From Selaginella moellendorffii (Eukaryota > Plantae > Lycopodiophyta), in assembly GCF_000143415.4 (NCBI RefSeq), contig NW_003314267.1, positions 1,500,100 to 1,564,099 on the forward strand: a stretch of DNA of 64,000 bases, in the 5' to 3' direction. Numbering within the stretch: the first letter of the stretch is position 1; the number at the start of each line of letters is the position of its first letter. The notes under the pieces are model-generated. The model saw only the letters and a program-made list of their open reading frames with translations. It ran no database searches and was not told where the DNA came from. Below, piece after piece: positions 62,020 through 64,000 of this stretch. A program made the position numbers and the translations under genes.

Positions 62020-63803
62020 ACTAAGATTTAACATTATATGCTAAATATGGTTTGCACATAGGACTTTTTTTGAGTTTGGTAACTATAACAATGAAAGTAA
62101 TCCTCCATATCATAGAACCAATCCTCCAAATTTTTAGTTATTCACTCTCTTGAAGATTGGTGAATGCTTTGGTTTGTACTTGGGAATTGTTTATAGGACC
62201 AACTCCATCTTGATTTACTTAACTTTTTTGGTTCAACCTTAGTACCCACTAAGGGGTTTATACCTTTTGCATTGTCTGTATCTACAATCTTTTACCTCTC
62301 ATCATGCTTTGATGAGTGCCTTTAACAAAGCATTGGTATAAATTTGTTATGATTTAGAGCACTACAATCTTGATTGTAGTGCTCTCAACTTATGTGGAAT
62401 GGTGCTTAACTTGAGTATCATAATGCTCATTAGTCCTTGCCTTTTCTTAGGAGTTTAAGCCTTTTTTTTATGATGGAGTTGTGGAGTTAAAATATCTATA
62501 CTTGGGGTTGGTCCCAAATTGATTTAGAGAGTCTCATAAATAAGTTTTGTTGTATCAAGGAATATTAAAAATATTTTAGGCCATATGTGTTTGGTTATTT
62601 GTACTAGCGGGGAGTGTGGTTCAATTAACATAGAGAGGGGGATTTGAAGAGAATTGGCAATCTATTGTAACCAATCAAAGATAATAACTCAAGAGATGGT
62701 TCATAAATGTTCAAATATAAAGGGAAAGGGCCCATGAACAATAATGCATTTTTTTTCAAATTGGTTAAAGGTAACTTTATATATTTAGGATATTTAAGAC
62801 TGTTTAGTGGTAACTATAACAATGAAAATAATCCTCCATATCATAGAATTAGTCCTCCACATTTTTAGTTATTCACTCTCTTGAAGATTGGTGAATGCTT
62901 TGGTTTGTACTTGGGAATTGTTTATAGGACCAATTCCATCTTGATTTACTCAACTTTTTTGGTTCAACCTTAGTACCCACTAAGGGGTTTATTCATTCTG
63001 CATTGTTTGTATCTACAATCTTTTACTTCTCATCATGCTTTGATGAGTGTCTTTAGCAAAGCATTGGTATAAACCATTTGTCATTTTAAAGTGTCCAATT
63101 AAGCCTTAGACAACTAAACTTTATCACTAAATTCATATTTAAAAATCTCCTCACTAGAACCTTCCTCATGCAAAAGGCATAAACCCCTTAGTGGGTACTA
63201 AGGTTGAACCAAAAAAGTTGAGTAAATCAAGGTGGAGTTGGTCCTATAAACAATTCTCAAGTACAAACCAAAGCATTCACCTATCTTCAAGAGAGTGAAT
63301 AACTAAAAATTTGGAGGATTAATTTTATGATATGGAGGATTACTTTCATTGTTATAGTTACCAAACTAAAAAAAAGTCTGATGTGCAAACCATATTTAGC
63401 ATATAATAAGGTGTCACCCACCCTTGGAAGTTGTAAACAGTCTATTGGTTGGGAGTTGTTTTTAAGTATTACTCTAAGGGGCCTCATTAACACTTCTTAA
63501 ATCCATGCTCACTCCCACCCAAAGTTACTCCCAACCTTAGTACAATTCAAAAACACCACTAAAGTTTTCCTTTAACTTAAATCCTTAACCTCACTCTTCT
63601 TATTATACTTTTGGAACCCCACCACCCCTCCCCCCCTTGAGAGATGATCACTTTAAGCTTTCACCCCATGACATATATTAGTATTTGGATTTGGTCTTGA
63701 ACTTGATCTTGCACTCAATTTTATTCAACAAACTCTTTACTATTTTAATTGTGATTTCAAAGGATCCTTTAGATTATGACACTTAGAGAGTTTATTCCTT
63801 ACA
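62020..63803. mobile_element. Old rearranged fragments of the A/B chromovirus family: gag pieces as direct (~62075-62340, ~62810-63070) and inverted (~63180-63405) copies, degraded LTR ~63500-63803
   Basis: AATCCTCCATATCATAGAACCAATCCTCCA matches gag at ~30262. The LTR remnant ends TTCCTTACA at 63803. Confidence 0.75.
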
Positions 63804-64000
63804 TCCATACAACTCTAGTAATGTGGGGTGGTGTAAATAAATCTTCTAGAGGAAGCAAAAAAAAGAAAATTTTATTTTGGACATATGCCATTGAAGTTAT
63901 TAGAGCTAAAGAAGGCAAGTGGTGGAACTTATAAGAATATCCTTGTAATTGATGCAAATATTAAAGTTATTATTGCTATTAGGAGTGAAGTTAATGTATG

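Overview
Eukaryotic, land-plant, transposon-dense window with one 100-N scaffold gap (7750-7849). The 47-56 nt introns and the element types suggest a seed-free plant such as a lycophyte; this is inference only. There is one apparently intact host-type gene: an intronless ~1140-aa tandem kinase (helical bundle-kinase-helical bundle-pseudokinase-Ig/PH-like tail, 12846-16274). Most of the rest is nested LTR retrotransposons: two copies of a Ty3/gypsy chromovirus family (A 22926-31527, B 53978-61538), a non-coding partner family C, a second non-coding family D, a Tcn1-like chromovirus fragment and a very degraded copia-like relic. Two things stand out. (1) A ~10-kb DNA transposon (~35560-45630) carries a Sola-like DDD/E transposase pseudogene and a divergent, spliced gene for a ParB/Srx-like plus degenerate amino-methyltransferase-like protein. 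About 17 copies of a 22-bp palindrome (consensus ATGGCRTGWGGCCWCAYGCCAT) are scattered through it, many inside that gene's tiny introns. (2) The chromovirus integrase contains spliceosomal-type introns. One is present in copy A and precisely absent from copy B; the other is in both copies and separates the integrase core from the GPY/chromodomain tail. All domain calls are by-eye motif recognition, not database searches.
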